Of a stretch of DNA of 64,000 nt, positions 41,790 to 53,171 are shown in pieces (position 1 is the first letter of the stretch; each line of letters begins with the position of its first letter). Source of the DNA: Escherichia coli (lineage in GTDB: Bacteria > Pseudomonadota > Gammaproteobacteria > Enterobacterales > Enterobacteriaceae); NCBI RefSeq assembly GCF_030013595.1, contig NZ_CP122768.1; one strand, 5' to 3'. Below the pieces are notes generated by a model, which was not told where the DNA came from, ran no database searches, and saw only the letters and a list, made by a program, of their open reading frames with translations. The position numbers and the translations under genes are program-made.

Positions 41790-41935
41790 CCGGATAAGGC
41801 GCTCGCGCCGCATCCGGCATGAAATAAGGCGCATCGGGTCAACACATATGCCCGATGCGCCAGCTTATCGGGCCTGGAGGAAAGCCGTATGGCATACACC
41901 CGCAGGCCCGCATCCGGCAAGTTACAACAAATAAC
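41790..41935. repeat. REP element cluster downstream of sslE
   Basis: Multiple gccggatgcggcg / cgcatcgggc palindromic units. Confidence 0.6.
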
Positions 41936-41943
41936 CTTTAACC

Positions 41944-42753
41944 ATGTTTTTTGATGTTTTTCAGCAATACCCCGCGGCGATGCCCATACTGGCAACCGTC
42001 GGAGGATTGATTATCGGCAGTTTTTTGAATGTGGTGATTTGGCGTTACCCCATCATGCTGCGCCAACAAATGGCGGAGTTTCACGGTGAAATGCCGAGTA
42101 CGCAGTCAAAAATAAGCCTGGCGCTGCCACGCTCGCACTGTCCGCATTGCCAGCAGACTATCCGCGTTCGTGACAATATTCCGCTGCTCTCCTGGTTGAT
42201 GCTCAAAGGGCGCTGCCGCGACTGTCAGGCGAAAATCAGCAAGCGTTATCCGCTGGTGGAGTTATTGACGGCACTCGCTTTTTTGCTGGCGAGCCTGGTG
42301 TGGCCGGAAAGTGGATGGGCGCTGGCGGTGATGATATTATCCGCCTGGCTGATTGCCGCGAGCGTCATTGACCTCGATAACCAATGGCTGCCCGATGTTT
42401 TTACTCAGGGCGTATTGTGGACGGGACTAATTGCGGCATGGGCGCAGCAGAGTCCGCTCACGCTACAAGACGCAGTCACCGGCGTACTGGTGGGATTTAT
42501 CACTTTTTACTCCCTGCGCTGGATAGCCGGAATAGTTCTGCGTAAAGAAGCATTAGGCATGGGCGATGTATTACTCTTCGCCGCTTTAGGTGGCTGGGTG
42601 GGGGCGTTATCACTGCCCAACGTTGCTTTAATCGCCTCATGCTGCGGCCTGATATATGCCGTTATTACAAAAAGAGGATCAACCACACTGCCTTTTGGAC
42701 CGTGTTTAAGTCTGGGCGGTATAGCAACACTTTATCTACAGGCATTGTTTTAA
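41944..42753 (+). CDS. pppA: Prepilin peptidase (GspO-type)
   Basis: 269 aa; N-terminal Cys-rich region and multi-span peptidase A24 architecture. Confidence 0.85.
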   Translation: MFFDVFQQYPAAMPILATVGGLIIGSFLNVVIWRYPIMLRQQMAEFHGEMPSTQSKISLALPRSHCPHCQQTIRVRDNIPLLSWLMLKGRCRDCQAKISKRYPLVELLTALAFLLASLVWPESGWALAVMILSAWLIAASVIDLDNQWLPDVFTQGVLWTGLIAAWAQQSPLTLQDAVTGVLVGFITFYSLRWIAGIVLRKEALGMGDVLLFAALGGWVGALSLPNVALIASCCGLIYAVITKRGSTTLPFGPCLSLGGIATLYLQALF

Positions 42754-42818
42754 TGATAACAACGTCATTATCAAAGTGACATTTTAACTCTTATTAATAA
42801 CCTTAGAGATTATTTACC

Positions 42819-43229
42819 ATGTCGATAAAACAAATGCCAGGGAGGGTATTAATATCGCTATTGTTGAGCGTTACAGGATTATTAAGTGGCTGTGCCAGCC
42901 ATAATGAAAATGCCAGTTTACTGGCGAAAAAACAGGCGCAAAATATCAGCCAAAACCTGCCGATTAAATCTGCGGGATATACCTTAGTGCTGGCGCAAAG
43001 TAGCGGCACGACGGTAAAAATGACCATTATCAGCGAAGCGGGTGCTCAGACCACACAGACGCCTGATGCCTTTTTAACCAGCTATCAACGACAAATGTGC
43101 GCTGACCCGACGGTGAAATTAATGATTACCGAGGGAATTAATTACAGCATAACGATTAATGATACACGTACAGGTAACCAGTATCAGCGGAAACTGGATC
43201 GTACCACCTGTGGAATAGTCAAAGCATAA
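42819..43229 (+). CDS. yghG: Outer-membrane pilotin lipoprotein for the T2SS secretin (YghG/AspS)
   Basis: 136 aa; lipobox LLSGC; position between pppA and gspC. Confidence 0.75.
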   Translation: MSIKQMPGRVLISLLLSVTGLLSGCASHNENASLLAKKQAQNISQNLPIKSAGYTLVLAQSSGTTVKMTIISEAGAQTTQTPDAFLTSYQRQMCADPTVKLMITEGINYSITINDTRTGNQYQRKLDRTTCGIVKA

Positions 43230-43246
43230 CGTCGGGTAGATATAAA

Positions 43247-44206
43247 TTGGCGCGGGTTGTTTTTCGTGACGCACGAATTTATCTCATTCAATGGCTGACA
43301 AAAATTCGTCACACTCTTAACCAGAGACAATCTCTTAATACAGACAAAGAGCATCTGCGAAAAATTGCACGCGGGATGTTCTGGCTCATGCTGCTTATTA
43401 TTTCTGCAAAAGTGGCGCATTCACTCTGGCGCTATTTCTCCTTTTCTGCGGAATATACGGCGGTTTCCCCATCGGCGAATAAACCGCCCCGTGCAGATGC
43501 AAAACCGTTCGATAAAAATGACGTGCAATTAGTCAGCCAACAAAACTGGTTTGGCAAATATCAACCCGTCGCCGCACCGGTAAAACAACCTGAATCTGCG
43601 CCTGTGGCAGAAACGCGTCTTCATGTGGTGCTGCGCGGGATCGCCTTTGGTGCCAGACCCGGCGCGGTTATTGAAGCAGGCGGTAAACAGCAGGTCTATT
43701 TGCAGGGTGAAACGCTTGGCTCGCACAACGCAGTGATTGAGGAAATCAATCGCGACCATGTGATGCTGCGCTATCAGGGAAAAATAGAGCGCCTGAGCCT
43801 GACAGAAGAGGAGCGTTCCACCGTAGCCGTGACCAACAAAAAAGTCATCAGTGACGAAGCAAAGCAAGCTGTTGCTGAGCCTGCTGCCAGTGCGCCAGTT
43901 GAGATCCCGACTGCTGTGCGTCAGGCACTGGCGAAAGATCCGCAGAAAATTTTTAACTATATCCAGCTTACGCCTGTGCGTAAGGAGGGGATTGTCGGTT
44001 ATGCAGTGAAGCCGGGGGCAGATCGTTCTCTGTTCGATGTCAGCGGTTTCAGGGAAGGCGATATCGCCATTGCGCTAAATCAGCAGGATTTCACTGATCC
44101 ACGAGCAATGATTGCTCTGATGCGGCAGTTACCTTCAATGGATTCCATTCAACTTACGGTTTTACGCAAGGGTGCGCGCCACGACATTTCCATCGCGCTG
44201 CGCTAA
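43247..44206 (+). CDS. gspC: Type II secretion system protein C
   Basis: 319 aa; N-terminal membrane anchor; first gene of the gspC-M operon; start uncertain. Confidence 0.8.
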   Translation: MARVVFRDARIYLIQWLTKIRHTLNQRQSLNTDKEHLRKIARGMFWLMLLIISAKVAHSLWRYFSFSAEYTAVSPSANKPPRADAKPFDKNDVQLVSQQNWFGKYQPVAAPVKQPESAPVAETRLHVVLRGIAFGARPGAVIEAGGKQQVYLQGETLGSHNAVIEEINRDHVMLRYQGKIERLSLTEEERSTVAVTNKKVISDEAKQAVAEPAASAPVEIPTAVRQALAKDPQKIFNYIQLTPVRKEGIVGYAVKPGADRSLFDVSGFREGDIAIALNQQDFTDPRAMIALMRQLPSMDSIQLTVLRKGARHDISIALR

Positions 44207-44235
44207 CCGCATTTAATCCAGGAGAATCATTCATC

Positions 44236-46296
44236 GTGTTTTGGCGTGATATTACGTTGTCGGTCTGGCGTAAGAAGACAACTGGCCTCAAAACAAAAAA
44301 GCGTTTACTGCCGCTGGTGTTGGCAGCGGCATTATGCAGTTCACCGGTCTGGGCGGAAGAAGCCACTTTCACCGCCAATTTTAAAGATACCGACCTGAAA
44401 TCGTTCATCGAAACCGTCGGCGCTAACCTTAATAAAACCATCATTATGGGGCCGGGCGTACAGGGGAAAGTGAGTATTCGTACCATGACTCCGCTCAATG
44501 AACGCCAGTATTACCAGCTATTCCTTAACCTGCTGGAAGCACAGGGGTATGCCGTCGTACCGATGGAAAACGACGTGCTGAAGGTGGTGAAATCCAGCGC
44601 CGCGAAAGTCGAGCCACTGCCGCTGGTCGGTGAAGGCAGCGACAACTACGCGGGCGATGAAATGGTCACCAAAGTAGTGCCGGTACGTAATGTGTCGGTC
44701 CGCGAATTGGCACCGATTCTGCGCCAGATGATCGACAGCGCAGGCTCAGGCAACGTTGTTAATTACGATCCCTCCAACGTGATTATGCTCACCGGACGCG
44801 CCTCCGTTGTGGAGCGCCTGACGGAAGTGATCCAGCGTGTGGATCACGCGGGTAATCGCACTGAAGAGGTGATCCCGCTGGATAACGCCTCGGCTTCGGA
44901 AATCGCCCGCGTGCTGGAAAGCCTGACGAAAAACAGCGGCGAGAACCAGCCTGCGACGCTGAAATCTCAAATTGTCGCCGACGAACGCACCAACAGTGTG
45001 ATTGTCAGTGGTGACCCGGCCACGCGGGACAAAATGCGCCGCCTGATCCGTCGGCTGGACTCAGAAATGGAGCGCAGCGGCAACAGCCAGGTTTTCTATC
45101 TCAAATACAGCAAAGCGGAAGATCTGGTCGATGTGCTGAAGCAGGTCAGCGGCACGCTCACGGCGGCTAAAGAAGAGGCGGAAGGCACCGTCGGTAGCGG
45201 GCGTGAGGTTGTCTCCATCGCCGCCAGCAAACACAGTAATGCCCTGATTGTTACTGCGCCGCAGGACATCATGCAGTCGCTGCAAAGCGTGATTGAACAA
45301 CTGGATATTCGCCGTGCTCAGGTGCACGTCGAGGCGTTGATCGTGGAAGTTGCTGAAGGCAGCAATATCAACTTCGGCGTGCAGTGGGCGTCGAAAGATG
45401 CCGGATTAATGCAGTTTGCTAACGGTACGCAGATCCCTATTGGCACGCTGGGGGCAGCCATTTCTCAGGCGAAACCGCAGAAAGGCTCGACGGTAATCAG
45501 TGAAAACGGCGCTACCACCATAAATCCGGATACTAACGGCGATCTCTCCACGCTTGCTCAGCTACTTTCCGGCTTTAGCGGTACGGCGGTTGGCGTGGTG
45601 AAAGGTGACTGGATGGCGCTGGTACAGGCGGTCAAAAACGACTCCAGCTCGAACGTGCTCTCCACGCCGAGCATCACCACGCTGGACAACCAGGAAGCCT
45701 TCTTCATGGTGGGCCAGGATGTTCCGGTATTAACCGGCTCTACCGTTGGCTCCAATAACAGCAATCCTTTCAATACAGTAGAGAGGAAAAAAGTCGGCAT
45801 CATGCTGAAAGTCACGCCGCAGATTAACGAAGGAAACGCGGTACAGATGGTGATTGAGCAGGAAGTGTCGAAGGTGGAAGGACAGACCAGCCTCGACGTC
45901 GTGTTTGGTGAGCGCAAACTGAAGACCACCGTGCTGGCTAACGATGGCGAGCTGATTGTGCTTGGCGGCCTGATGGACGACCAGGCAGGAGAAAGCGTGG
46001 CGAAAGTGCCGCTGCTGGGCGATATCCCGTTGATTGGTAACCTGTTTAAATCGACGGCGGATAAAAAAGAAAAACGTAACCTGATGGTGTTTATCCGCCC
46101 GACCATTCTGCGTGACGGTATGGCGGCAGACGGCGTGTCGCAGCGCAAATATAACTACATGCGCGCCGAGCAGATCTATCGCGATGAGCAAGGCTTAAGC
46201 CTGATGCCGCACACCGCGCAGCCGGTACTGCCAGCGCAAAACCAGGCCTTACCGCCGGAAGTACGCGCATTCCTCAATGCCGGGAGAACGCGTTAA
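44236..46296 (+). CDS. gspD: Type II secretion system secretin D
   Basis: 686 aa; signal peptide; secretin C-terminal domain pattern. Confidence 0.9.
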   Translation: MFWRDITLSVWRKKTTGLKTKKRLLPLVLAAALCSSPVWAEEATFTANFKDTDLKSFIETVGANLNKTIIMGPGVQGKVSIRTMTPLNERQYYQLFLNLLEAQGYAVVPMENDVLKVVKSSAAKVEPLPLVGEGSDNYAGDEMVTKVVPVRNVSVRELAPILRQMIDSAGSGNVVNYDPSNVIMLTGRASVVERLTEVIQRVDHAGNRTEEVIPLDNASASEIARVLESLTKNSGENQPATLKSQIVADERTNSVIVSGDPATRDKMRRLIRRLDSEMERSGNSQVFYLKYSKAEDLVDVLKQVSGTLTAAKEEAEGTVGSGREVVSIAASKHSNALIVTAPQDIMQSLQSVIEQLDIRRAQVHVEALIVEVAEGSNINFGVQWASKDAGLMQFANGTQIPIGTLGAAISQAKPQKGSTVISENGATTINPDTNGDLSTLAQLLSGFSGTAVGVVKGDWMALVQAVKNDSSSNVLSTPSITTLDNQEAFFMVGQDVPVLTGSTVGSNNSNPFNTVERKKVGIMLKVTPQINEGNAVQMVIEQEVSKVEGQTSLDVVFGERKLKTTVLANDGELIVLGGLMDDQAGESVAKVPLLGDIPLIGNLFKSTADKKEKRNLMVFIRPTILRDGMAADGVSQRKYNYMRAEQIYRDEQGLSLMPHTAQPVLPAQNQALPPEVRAFLNAGRTR

Positions 46297-47789
46297 TGGT
46301 GCCTGTAGCACAGGAAACCACCGCTAACACCGTGCGTCTGCCCTACAGTTTCAGCCGTCGGTTTAGCCTGGTGGCATGGTGCGAAGCGTCGCTGGAGATC
46401 CTCCACGTTCATCCGCTATCGCTCTCTGTTTTGCAGGAGCTGCAGCGGGGGCTGAACGCGCCCTTTACGCTGCGGCAAATCGACGAAGCCGAATTTGAAC
46501 AGCGGCTGAATGCGGTCTGGCAGCGGGACTCTTCCGAGGCCCGCCAGTTGATGGAAGATCTCGGTTCTGCTGAGGATTTTTTTACCCTCGCCGAAGAACT
46601 GCCGGAAACGGAAGATCTGCTGGAAAGCGACGACGACGCGCCAATCATCAAACTGATCAACGCTATGCTGGCAGAGGCGATTAAAGAAGGCGCTTCGGAT
46701 ATCCACATCGAGACATTTGAAAAGAGTCTGGTGATCCGTTTTCGCGTTGACGGCACATTACATGAAATGTTGCGCCCCGGTCGCAAGCTGGCCTCGCTGC
46801 TGGTCTCGCGTATCAAGGTGATGGCGCGGCTGGATATCGCCGAAAAGCGCGTACCGCAGGATGGACGTATTGCGCTGCTGCTGGGCGGTCGGGCGATTGA
46901 CGTGCGTGTCTCCACCATGCCATCCGCCTGGGGCGAGCGCGTGGTGCTGCGACTGCTGGACAAAAACCAGGCCCGCCTGACGCTGGAGCGTCTGGGGTTG
47001 AGCCATGAACTGACCGCGCAGTTGCGCCAGCTGTTACACAAACCGCACGGTATCTTTCTGGTTACGGGGCCGACGGGTTCCGGCAAAAGCACCACGCTGT
47101 ACGCCGGATTGCAGGAGCTGAACAACCACTCGCGTAACATTCTCACGGTTGAAGACCCCATCGAATACATGATTGAAGGGATCGGTCAGACGCAGGTTAA
47201 CACCCGCGTTGGGATGACCTTCGCCCGTGGCCTGCGCGCGATTTTGCGTCAGGACCCGGATGTGGTGATGGTCGGTGAAATCCGCGATACCGAAACCGCA
47301 GAAATCGCCGTTCAGGCTTCACTTACCGGACACCTGGTCCTTTCCACGCTGCATACCAACACAGCGGTGGGGGCGATCACACGTTTGCAGGATATGGGCG
47401 TGGAGCCTTTCCTGCTCTCTTCCAGTCTGACGGGCGTGATGGCGCAGCGACTGGTTCGCACGCTGTGCCCCGACTGCCGCCAGCCCGTGCCTGCCACCGA
47501 CGAAGAAAAACGCCTGCTGGGGATTACCGATGCGCGAACCGTCACTCTGTACCATCCGCAGGGCTGTCCCGCCTGTAATCACAAAGGCTTTCGCGGACGT
47601 ACCGCCATCCATGAGCTGATCGTGGTGGACGCCACATTGCGTGATTTGATCCACCGTCAGGCCGGGGAACTGGAGCTGGAACGTTATGTCCGGCAACACT
47701 CTACGGGTATCCGCAGCAACGGCATTGAGAAAGTGCTCGCCGGAGAAACCTCTCTCGATGAAGTTCTGCGGGTAACCATGGAGGCGTAA
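46296..47789 (+). CDS. gspE: Type II secretion ATPase E
   Basis: 497 aa; Walker [10 protein letters not shown]; C-terminal CxxC pairs. Confidence 0.95.
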   Translation: MVPVAQETTANTVRLPYSFSRRFSLVAWCEASLEILHVHPLSLSVLQELQRGLNAPFTLRQIDEAEFEQRLNAVWQRDSSEARQLMEDLGSAEDFFTLAEELPETEDLLESDDDAPIIKLINAMLAEAIKEGASDIHIETFEKSLVIRFRVDGTLHEMLRPGRKLASLLVSRIKVMARLDIAEKRVPQDGRIALLLGGRAIDVRVSTMPSAWGERVVLRLLDKNQARLTLERLGLSHELTAQLRQLLHKPHGIFLVTGPTGSGKSTTLYAGLQELNNHSRNILTVEDPIEYMIEGIGQTQVNTRVGMTFARGLRAILRQDPDVVMVGEIRDTETAEIAVQASLTGHLVLSTLHTNTAVGAITRLQDMGVEPFLLSSSLTGVMAQRLVRTLCPDCRQPVPATDEEKRLLGITDARTVTLYHPQGCPACNHKGFRGRTAIHELIVVDATLRDLIHRQAGELELERYVRQHSTGIRSNGIEKVLAGETSLDEVLRVTMEA

Positions 47790-49012
47790 TGGCACTGTTT
47801 TACTATCAGGCGCTGGAGCGTAATGGTCGCAAAACCAAAGGCATGATTGAGGCGGATTCCGCGCGTCATGCCCGCCAGTTGTTACGTGGTAAAGACCTCA
47901 TTCCCGTGCACATTGAAGCCCGGCTGAATGCTTCGTCAGGGGGAATGTTGCAGCGTCGGCGGCACGCACATCGTCGCGTGGCGGCGGCAGATCTGGCGCT
48001 GTTCACCCGCCAACTGGCAACGTTAGTACAGGCAGCAATGCCGCTGGAAACCTGCTTACAGGCGGTCAGTGAGCAAAGTGAAAAACTGCATGTAAAAAGC
48101 CTCGGAATGGCGCTGCGCAGCCGGATTCAGGAGGGTTACACCCTGTCGGACAGCCTGCGCGAACATCCCCGCGTCTTTGATTCTCTGTTTTGTTCGATGG
48201 TGGCTGCCGGAGAAAAATCCGGGCATCTCGACGTGGTGCTCAATCGCCTGGCGGATTACACCGAACAGCGCCAGCGCCTGAAATCACGTCTGTTGCAGGC
48301 CATGCTCTATCCGCTGGTATTGCTGGTGGTGGCAACGGGCGTGGTCACTATTTTGTTGACGGCGGTAGTGCCGAAAATCATCGAACAGTTTGATCATCTC
48401 GGACATGCGCTGCCCGCTTCCACCCGCGCGCTTATCGCCATGAGCGACGCGTTACAGGCCAGCGGCGTTTACTGGCTGGTAGGTTTGCTGGGACTTCTGG
48501 TGCTCGGGCAACGGCTACTCAAAAATCCTGCTATGCGACTGCGCTGGGATAAAACCGTGCTGCGCCTGCCCGTGACGGGGCGGGTTGCGCGCGGGCTGAA
48601 TACGGCGCGTTTTTCCCGCACTTTAAGCATCCTCACTGCCAGCAGTGTTCCGCTACTGGAAGGCATTCAGACCGCTGCCGCCGTGTCGGCAAATCGCTAT
48701 GTCGAGCAACAACTGCTGCTGGCGGCAGATCGCGTCCGCGAAGGAAGCAGTCTGCGCGCCGCGCTGGCGGAGCTTCGCCTGTTCCCGCCGATGATGCTGT
48801 ACATGATCGCCTCCGGCGAACAGAGCGGCGAGCTGGAAACCATGCTTGAACAGGCCGCAGTCAACCAGGAGCGGGAGTTTGATACCCAGGTGGGGCTGGC
48901 GTTAGGGCTGTTTGAACCGGCACTGGTGGTGATGATGGCGGGCGTGGTGCTGTTTATCGTCATCGCCATCCTTGAGCCGATGCTGCAACTGAACAATATG
49001 GTTGGAATGTAA
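47789..49012 (+). CDS. gspF: Type II secretion inner-membrane platform protein F
   Basis: 407 aa; GspF/PilC architecture. Confidence 0.9.
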   Translation: MALFYYQALERNGRKTKGMIEADSARHARQLLRGKDLIPVHIEARLNASSGGMLQRRRHAHRRVAAADLALFTRQLATLVQAAMPLETCLQAVSEQSEKLHVKSLGMALRSRIQEGYTLSDSLREHPRVFDSLFCSMVAAGEKSGHLDVVLNRLADYTEQRQRLKSRLLQAMLYPLVLLVVATGVVTILLTAVVPKIIEQFDHLGHALPASTRALIAMSDALQASGVYWLVGLLGLLVLGQRLLKNPAMRLRWDKTVLRLPVTGRVARGLNTARFSRTLSILTASSVPLLEGIQTAAAVSANRYVEQQLLLAADRVREGSSLRAALAELRLFPPMMLYMIASGEQSGELETMLEQAAVNQEREFDTQVGLALGLFEPALVVMMAGVVLFIVIAILEPMLQLNNMVGM

Positions 49013-49028
49013 TTTACGGAGTTATCAC

Positions 49029-49484
49029 ATGAATTCGTTATCCCGCACACAAAAACCACGGGCAGGTTTTACCCTGCTGGAAGTGATGGTGGTGATTGTT
49101 ATTCTTGGCGTTCTGGCAAGCCTGGTGGTGCCTAACCTGCTGGGCAACAAAGAGAAAGCGGATCGGCAAAAAGCCATCAGCGATATCGTGGCGCTGGAGA
49201 ATGCGCTGGATATGTACCGACTGGACAACGGGCGTTATCCGACCACCGAGCAGGGGCTTGAGGCGCTGATCCAGCAACCGGCCAATATGGCGGATTCCCG
49301 CAACTACCGTCCAGGTGGATACATTAAACGACTGCCAAAAGATCCGTGGGGCAATGATTATCAGTATCTCAGCCCGGGTGAAAAAGGGATGTTTGATGTT
49401 TACACCTTAGGGGCGGATGGTCAGGAAAACGGGGAAGGCGCTGGCGCAGATATCGGTAACTGGAATTTGCAGGAGTTTCAGTAA
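49029..49484 (+). CDS. gspG: Major pseudopilin G
   Basis: Start ATG 49029; prepilin leader followed by GFTLLEVMVV. Confidence 0.9.
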   Translation: MNSLSRTQKPRAGFTLLEVMVVIVILGVLASLVVPNLLGNKEKADRQKAISDIVALENALDMYRLDNGRYPTTEQGLEALIQQPANMADSRNYRPGGYIKRLPKDPWGNDYQYLSPGEKGMFDVYTLGADGQENGEGAGADIGNWNLQEFQ

Positions 49485-49487
49485 TCA

Positions 49488-50051
49488 GTGCCTGAACGCG
49501 GATTCACTCTTCTGGAAATCATGCTGGTGATTTTCCTTATCGGCCTTGCCAGTGTGGGCGTGGTACAGACTTTTGCGACCGATTCTGAATCGCCCGCGAA
49601 AAAAGCGGCGCAGGATTTTCTGACTCGCTTTGCGCAGTTTAAGGACAGGGCAGTGATCGAAGGACAGACACTCGGTGTGTTAATCGACCCGCCTGGCTAC
49701 CAGTTTATGCAGCGTCGTCAGGGGCAGTGGTTGCCCGTTTCTGCGACCCGGTTATCGGCACAGGTTACGGTGCCGAAACAGGTGCAGATGCTGTTACAAC
49801 CCGGAAGTGATATCTGGCAGAAGGAATATACGCTGGAGCTGCAACGTCGTCGCCTGACGCTGCACGATATTGAACTTGAGCTGCAAAAAGAGGCGAAAAA
49901 GAAGACGCCGCAGATCCGTTTTTCGCCTTTTGAACCCGCCACGCCGTTTACGCTGCGATTCTATTCGGCGGCGCAAAACGCATGTTGGGCGGTAAAACTG
50001 GCACACGATGGCGCGTTATCCCTCAGTCAATGTGATGAGAGGATGCCATGA
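49488..50051 (+). CDS. gspH: Minor pseudopilin H
   Basis: 187 aa; N-terminal RGFTLLEIMLV prepilin motif. Confidence 0.85.
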   Translation: MPERGFTLLEIMLVIFLIGLASVGVVQTFATDSESPAKKAAQDFLTRFAQFKDRAVIEGQTLGVLIDPPGYQFMQRRQGQWLPVSATRLSAQVTVPKQVQMLLQPGSDIWQKEYTLELQRRRLTLHDIELELQKEAKKKTPQIRFSPFEPATPFTLRFYSAAQNACWAVKLAHDGALSLSQCDERMP

Positions 50052-50419
50052 AGCGTGGATTTACCTTGCTGGAAGTGATGCTCGCGCTGGCGATTTTTGC
50101 GCTGGCTGCCACGGCAGTGTTACAGATTGCCAGCGGTGCGCTGAATAATCAGCAGGTTCTTGAGGAGAAAACAGTAGCGGGCTGGGTAGCTGAAAACCAA
50201 ATCGCACTGCTCTACCTGATGACCCGCGAACAACGGGCGGTCAGGCATCAGGGCGAGAGCGATATGGCAGGAAGCCGCTGGTACTGGCGAACCACACCGC
50301 TGAATACAGGTAACGCGCTGCTTCAGGCGGTGGATATTGAAGTCAGCCGTCACGAAGACTTTTCGTCGGTGGTTCAGTCACGACGCGCCTGGTTTAGCTC
50401 CGTGGGAGGCCAGCAATGA
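50048..50419 (+). CDS. gspI: Minor pseudopilin I
   Basis: 123 aa; MKRGFTLLEVMLA prepilin motif. Confidence 0.85.
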   Translation: MKRGFTLLEVMLALAIFALAATAVLQIASGALNNQQVLEEKTVAGWVAENQIALLYLMTREQRAVRHQGESDMAGSRWYWRTTPLNTGNALLQAVDIEVSRHEDFSSVVQSRRAWFSSVGGQQ

Positions 50420-51021
50420 AAAAGACTCGCGCTGGTTTCACGTTACTGGAAATGCTGGTGGCAATCGCCATTTTTGCCTCACTGGCACTGATGGCGCAGC
50501 AGGTGACAAACGGCGTCACGCGCGTGAATAGCGCCGTCGGCGAACACGATCAAAAACTAAACCTCATGCAGCAAACGATGAGTTTTCTGACCCACGATCT
50601 GACACAAATGATGCCACGCCCGGTAAGAGGCGAGCAGGGGCAGCGAGAACCGGCGTTACTGGCTGGCGCTGGCGTGCTGGCGTCTGAGAGTGAAGGGATG
50701 CGCTTTGTACGTGGCGGTGTGGTTAATCCATTGATGCGCCTGCCGCGCAGTAATCTGCTCACCGTCGGTTACCGCATTCATGACGGTTATCTTGAACGAT
50801 TGTCCTGGCCGCTGACCGATGCAGCAGGCAGCGTGAAGCCAACAACGCAAAAATTAATCCCGGCAGATTCGCTCCGTTTGCAGTTCTACGACGGCACGCG
50901 CTGGCAGGAGAGCTGGTCGTCAGGGCAGGCGATCCCTGTGGCGGTACGCATGACTCTGCGTTCGCCGCAATGGGGCGAGATTGAACGCATCTGGTTGTTA
51001 CGTGGGCCGCAATTATCATGA
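50416..51021 (+). CDS. gspJ: Minor pseudopilin J
   Basis: 201 aa; RAGFTLLEMLVA prepilin motif. Confidence 0.85.
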   Translation: MKKTRAGFTLLEMLVAIAIFASLALMAQQVTNGVTRVNSAVGEHDQKLNLMQQTMSFLTHDLTQMMPRPVRGEQGQREPALLAGAGVLASESEGMRFVRGGVVNPLMRLPRSNLLTVGYRIHDGYLERLSWPLTDAAGSVKPTTQKLIPADSLRLQFYDGTRWQESWSSGQAIPVAVRMTLRSPQWGEIERIWLLRGPQLS

Positions 51022-51995
51022 CCGCCTCACCACCAAAACGCGGAATGGCACTGGTCGTGGTGCTGATATTGCTGGCGGTTATGATGCTGGTAACCATCAC
51101 GCTTTCCGGGCGGATGCAACAACAACTTGGGCGAACGCGCAGCCAGCAGGAGTACCAGCAGGCGCTGTGGTACAGCGCCAGTGCTGAAAGCCTGGCGCTG
51201 AGCGCGCTCAGTCTGAGCCTGAAAAATGAACAACGCGTGCATCTGGCGCAGCCGTGGGCATCCGGCCCTCGTTTTTTTCCTCTGCCGCAGGGGCAAATTG
51301 CCGTTACTCTGCGTGACGCACAGGCCTGCTTTAACCTGAATGCCCTCGCTCAGCCGACGACAGCGTCGCGTCCGCTCGCGGTACAACAACTGATTGCCCT
51401 GATCACGCGCCTGGATGTGCCTGCTTATCGGGCCGAATTAATTGCTGAAAGCCTGTGGGAGTTTATTGACGAAGACCGCAGCGTGCAGACGCGTCTGGGC
51501 CGTGAAGACAGCGAGTATCTCGCCCGCTCGGTGCCGTTCTACGCCGCGAATCAACCGCTGGCCGATATCAGCGAAATGCGCGTGGTGCAGGGAATGGACG
51601 CCGGACTCTATCAAAAACTGAAACCGCTGGTTTGTGCGCTGCCGATGACCCGCCAGCAAATCAACATCAACACCTTAGACGTCACGCAAAGCGTGATTCT
51701 TGAGGCGCTGTTTGATCCGTGGTTAAGCCCTGTTCAGGCGCGGGCGTTATTACAACAACGTCCGGCGAAGGGCTGGGAAGATGTCGATCAGTTTCTTGCA
51801 CAGCCGCTACTTGCCGACGTCGATGAGCGTACTAAAAAACAGCTAAAAACCGTCCTGAGCGTGGACAGCAATTACTTCTGGCTGCGTTCGGATATCACCG
51901 TGAATGAGATTGAACTGACGATGAACTCGTTAATTGTCCGCATGGGGCCACAACACTTTTCGGTTCTCTGGCATCAGACAGGAGAAAGTGAGTGA
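51018..51995 (+). CDS. gspK: Minor pseudopilin K
   Basis: 325 aa; N-terminal hydrophobic segment; operon position. Confidence 0.85.
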   Translation: MTASPPKRGMALVVVLILLAVMMLVTITLSGRMQQQLGRTRSQQEYQQALWYSASAESLALSALSLSLKNEQRVHLAQPWASGPRFFPLPQGQIAVTLRDAQACFNLNALAQPTTASRPLAVQQLIALITRLDVPAYRAELIAESLWEFIDEDRSVQTRLGREDSEYLARSVPFYAANQPLADISEMRVVQGMDAGLYQKLKPLVCALPMTRQQININTLDVTQSVILEALFDPWLSPVQARALLQQRPAKGWEDVDQFLAQPLLADVDERTKKQLKTVLSVDSNYFWLRSDITVNEIELTMNSLIVRMGPQHFSVLWHQTGESE

Positions 51996-53170
51996 GTTCC
52001 ATGCTTGAGATTTTTTTCCCGCTTTGCGCCACCGACCCCATCCGCTGGCAGCGCCGTACACCCGACGTGGAGTGCGGTATCTGGCCTGACGTTGCTGACG
52101 AACGTCTTCAGCAATGGCTGCAAACCGATGCGATTCGACTCTACATTCCCGGCGAATGGATCAGCGTCTGGCAGGTTGAACTGCCTGATGTCGCCCGCAA
52201 GCAGATACCGACTATTCTGCCCGCCTTACTGGAAGAAGAACTGAACCAGGATATCGATGAACTGCATTTTGCGCCGCTGAAAATCGACCAGCAACTGGCA
52301 ACCGTGGCAGTGATTCACCAGCAGCATATGCGCAACATTGCGCAGTGGTTGCAGGAAAACGGTATCACCCGCGCTACCGTCGCGCCGGACTGGATGTCCA
52401 TTCCTTGTGGCTATATGGCTGGCGATGCGCAACGGGTTATCTGCCGCATCGATGAATGTCGGGGATGGAGCGCCGGGCGGGCGCTGGCTCCGGTTATGTT
52501 CCGCGCCCAGCTCAATGAGCAGGATTTACCGCTTTCGCTAACCGTGGTCGGCATTGTGCCGGAAGAGCTATCGACATGGGCTGGCGTAGACACTGAACGC
52601 CTGACAGTGACGGCTCTGCCAGCTATTACCACTTATGGAGAACCGGAAGGAAACCTGCTGACAGGGCCGTGGCAGCCTCGCGTCAGTTACCGAAAACAGT
52701 GGGTGCGCTGGCGGGTGATGATTCTGCCGATATTGCTGATTCTGGTTGCGCTGGCAGTGGAACGGGGCGTGACGTTATGGAGCGTCAGCGAACAGGTGGC
52801 GCAAAGTCGCGCCCAGGCTGAGAAACAGTTCTTAACGTTGTTCCCGGAGCAGAAGCGGATTGTGAATTTACGCTCTCAGGTGACGATGGCGCTGAAAAAA
52901 TATCGCCCACAGGCCGACGATACCCGGCTGCTCGCCGAGTTGTCAGCGATCGCCAGCACCCTGAAAACGGCGTCACTTTCCGACATCGAGATGCGTGGTT
53001 TCACCTTTGATCAAAAACGCCAGACGCTTCACCTCCAGTTGCGGGCTGCTAACTTTGCCAGTTTCGACAAACTGCGTAGTGCACTGGCAACCGATTATGT
53101 TGTGCAACAGGACGCGTTACAGAAAGAGGGTGATGCGGTTTCCGGCGGCGTAACGTTGCGGAGGAAATAA
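51992..53170 (+). CDS. gspL: Type II secretion protein L
   Basis: 392 aa; single mid-protein transmembrane segment; operon position. Confidence 0.8.
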   Translation: MSSMLEIFFPLCATDPIRWQRRTPDVECGIWPDVADERLQQWLQTDAIRLYIPGEWISVWQVELPDVARKQIPTILPALLEEELNQDIDELHFAPLKIDQQLATVAVIHQQHMRNIAQWLQENGITRATVAPDWMSIPCGYMAGDAQRVICRIDECRGWSAGRALAPVMFRAQLNEQDLPLSLTVVGIVPEELSTWAGVDTERLTVTALPAITTYGEPEGNLLTGPWQPRVSYRKQWVRWRVMILPILLILVALAVERGVTLWSVSEQVAQSRAQAEKQFLTLFPEQKRIVNLRSQVTMALKKYRPQADDTRLLAELSAIASTLKTASLSDIEMRGFTFDQKRQTLHLQLRAANFASFDKLRSALATDYVVQQDALQKEGDAVSGGVTLRRK

Positions 53171-53171
53171 C

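Noticed and set aside
46409-47170. 253-aa Ser/Arg-rich ORF antisense to gspE
   Set aside because: Opposite the T2SS ATPase with an intact Walker A; low-complexity translation.
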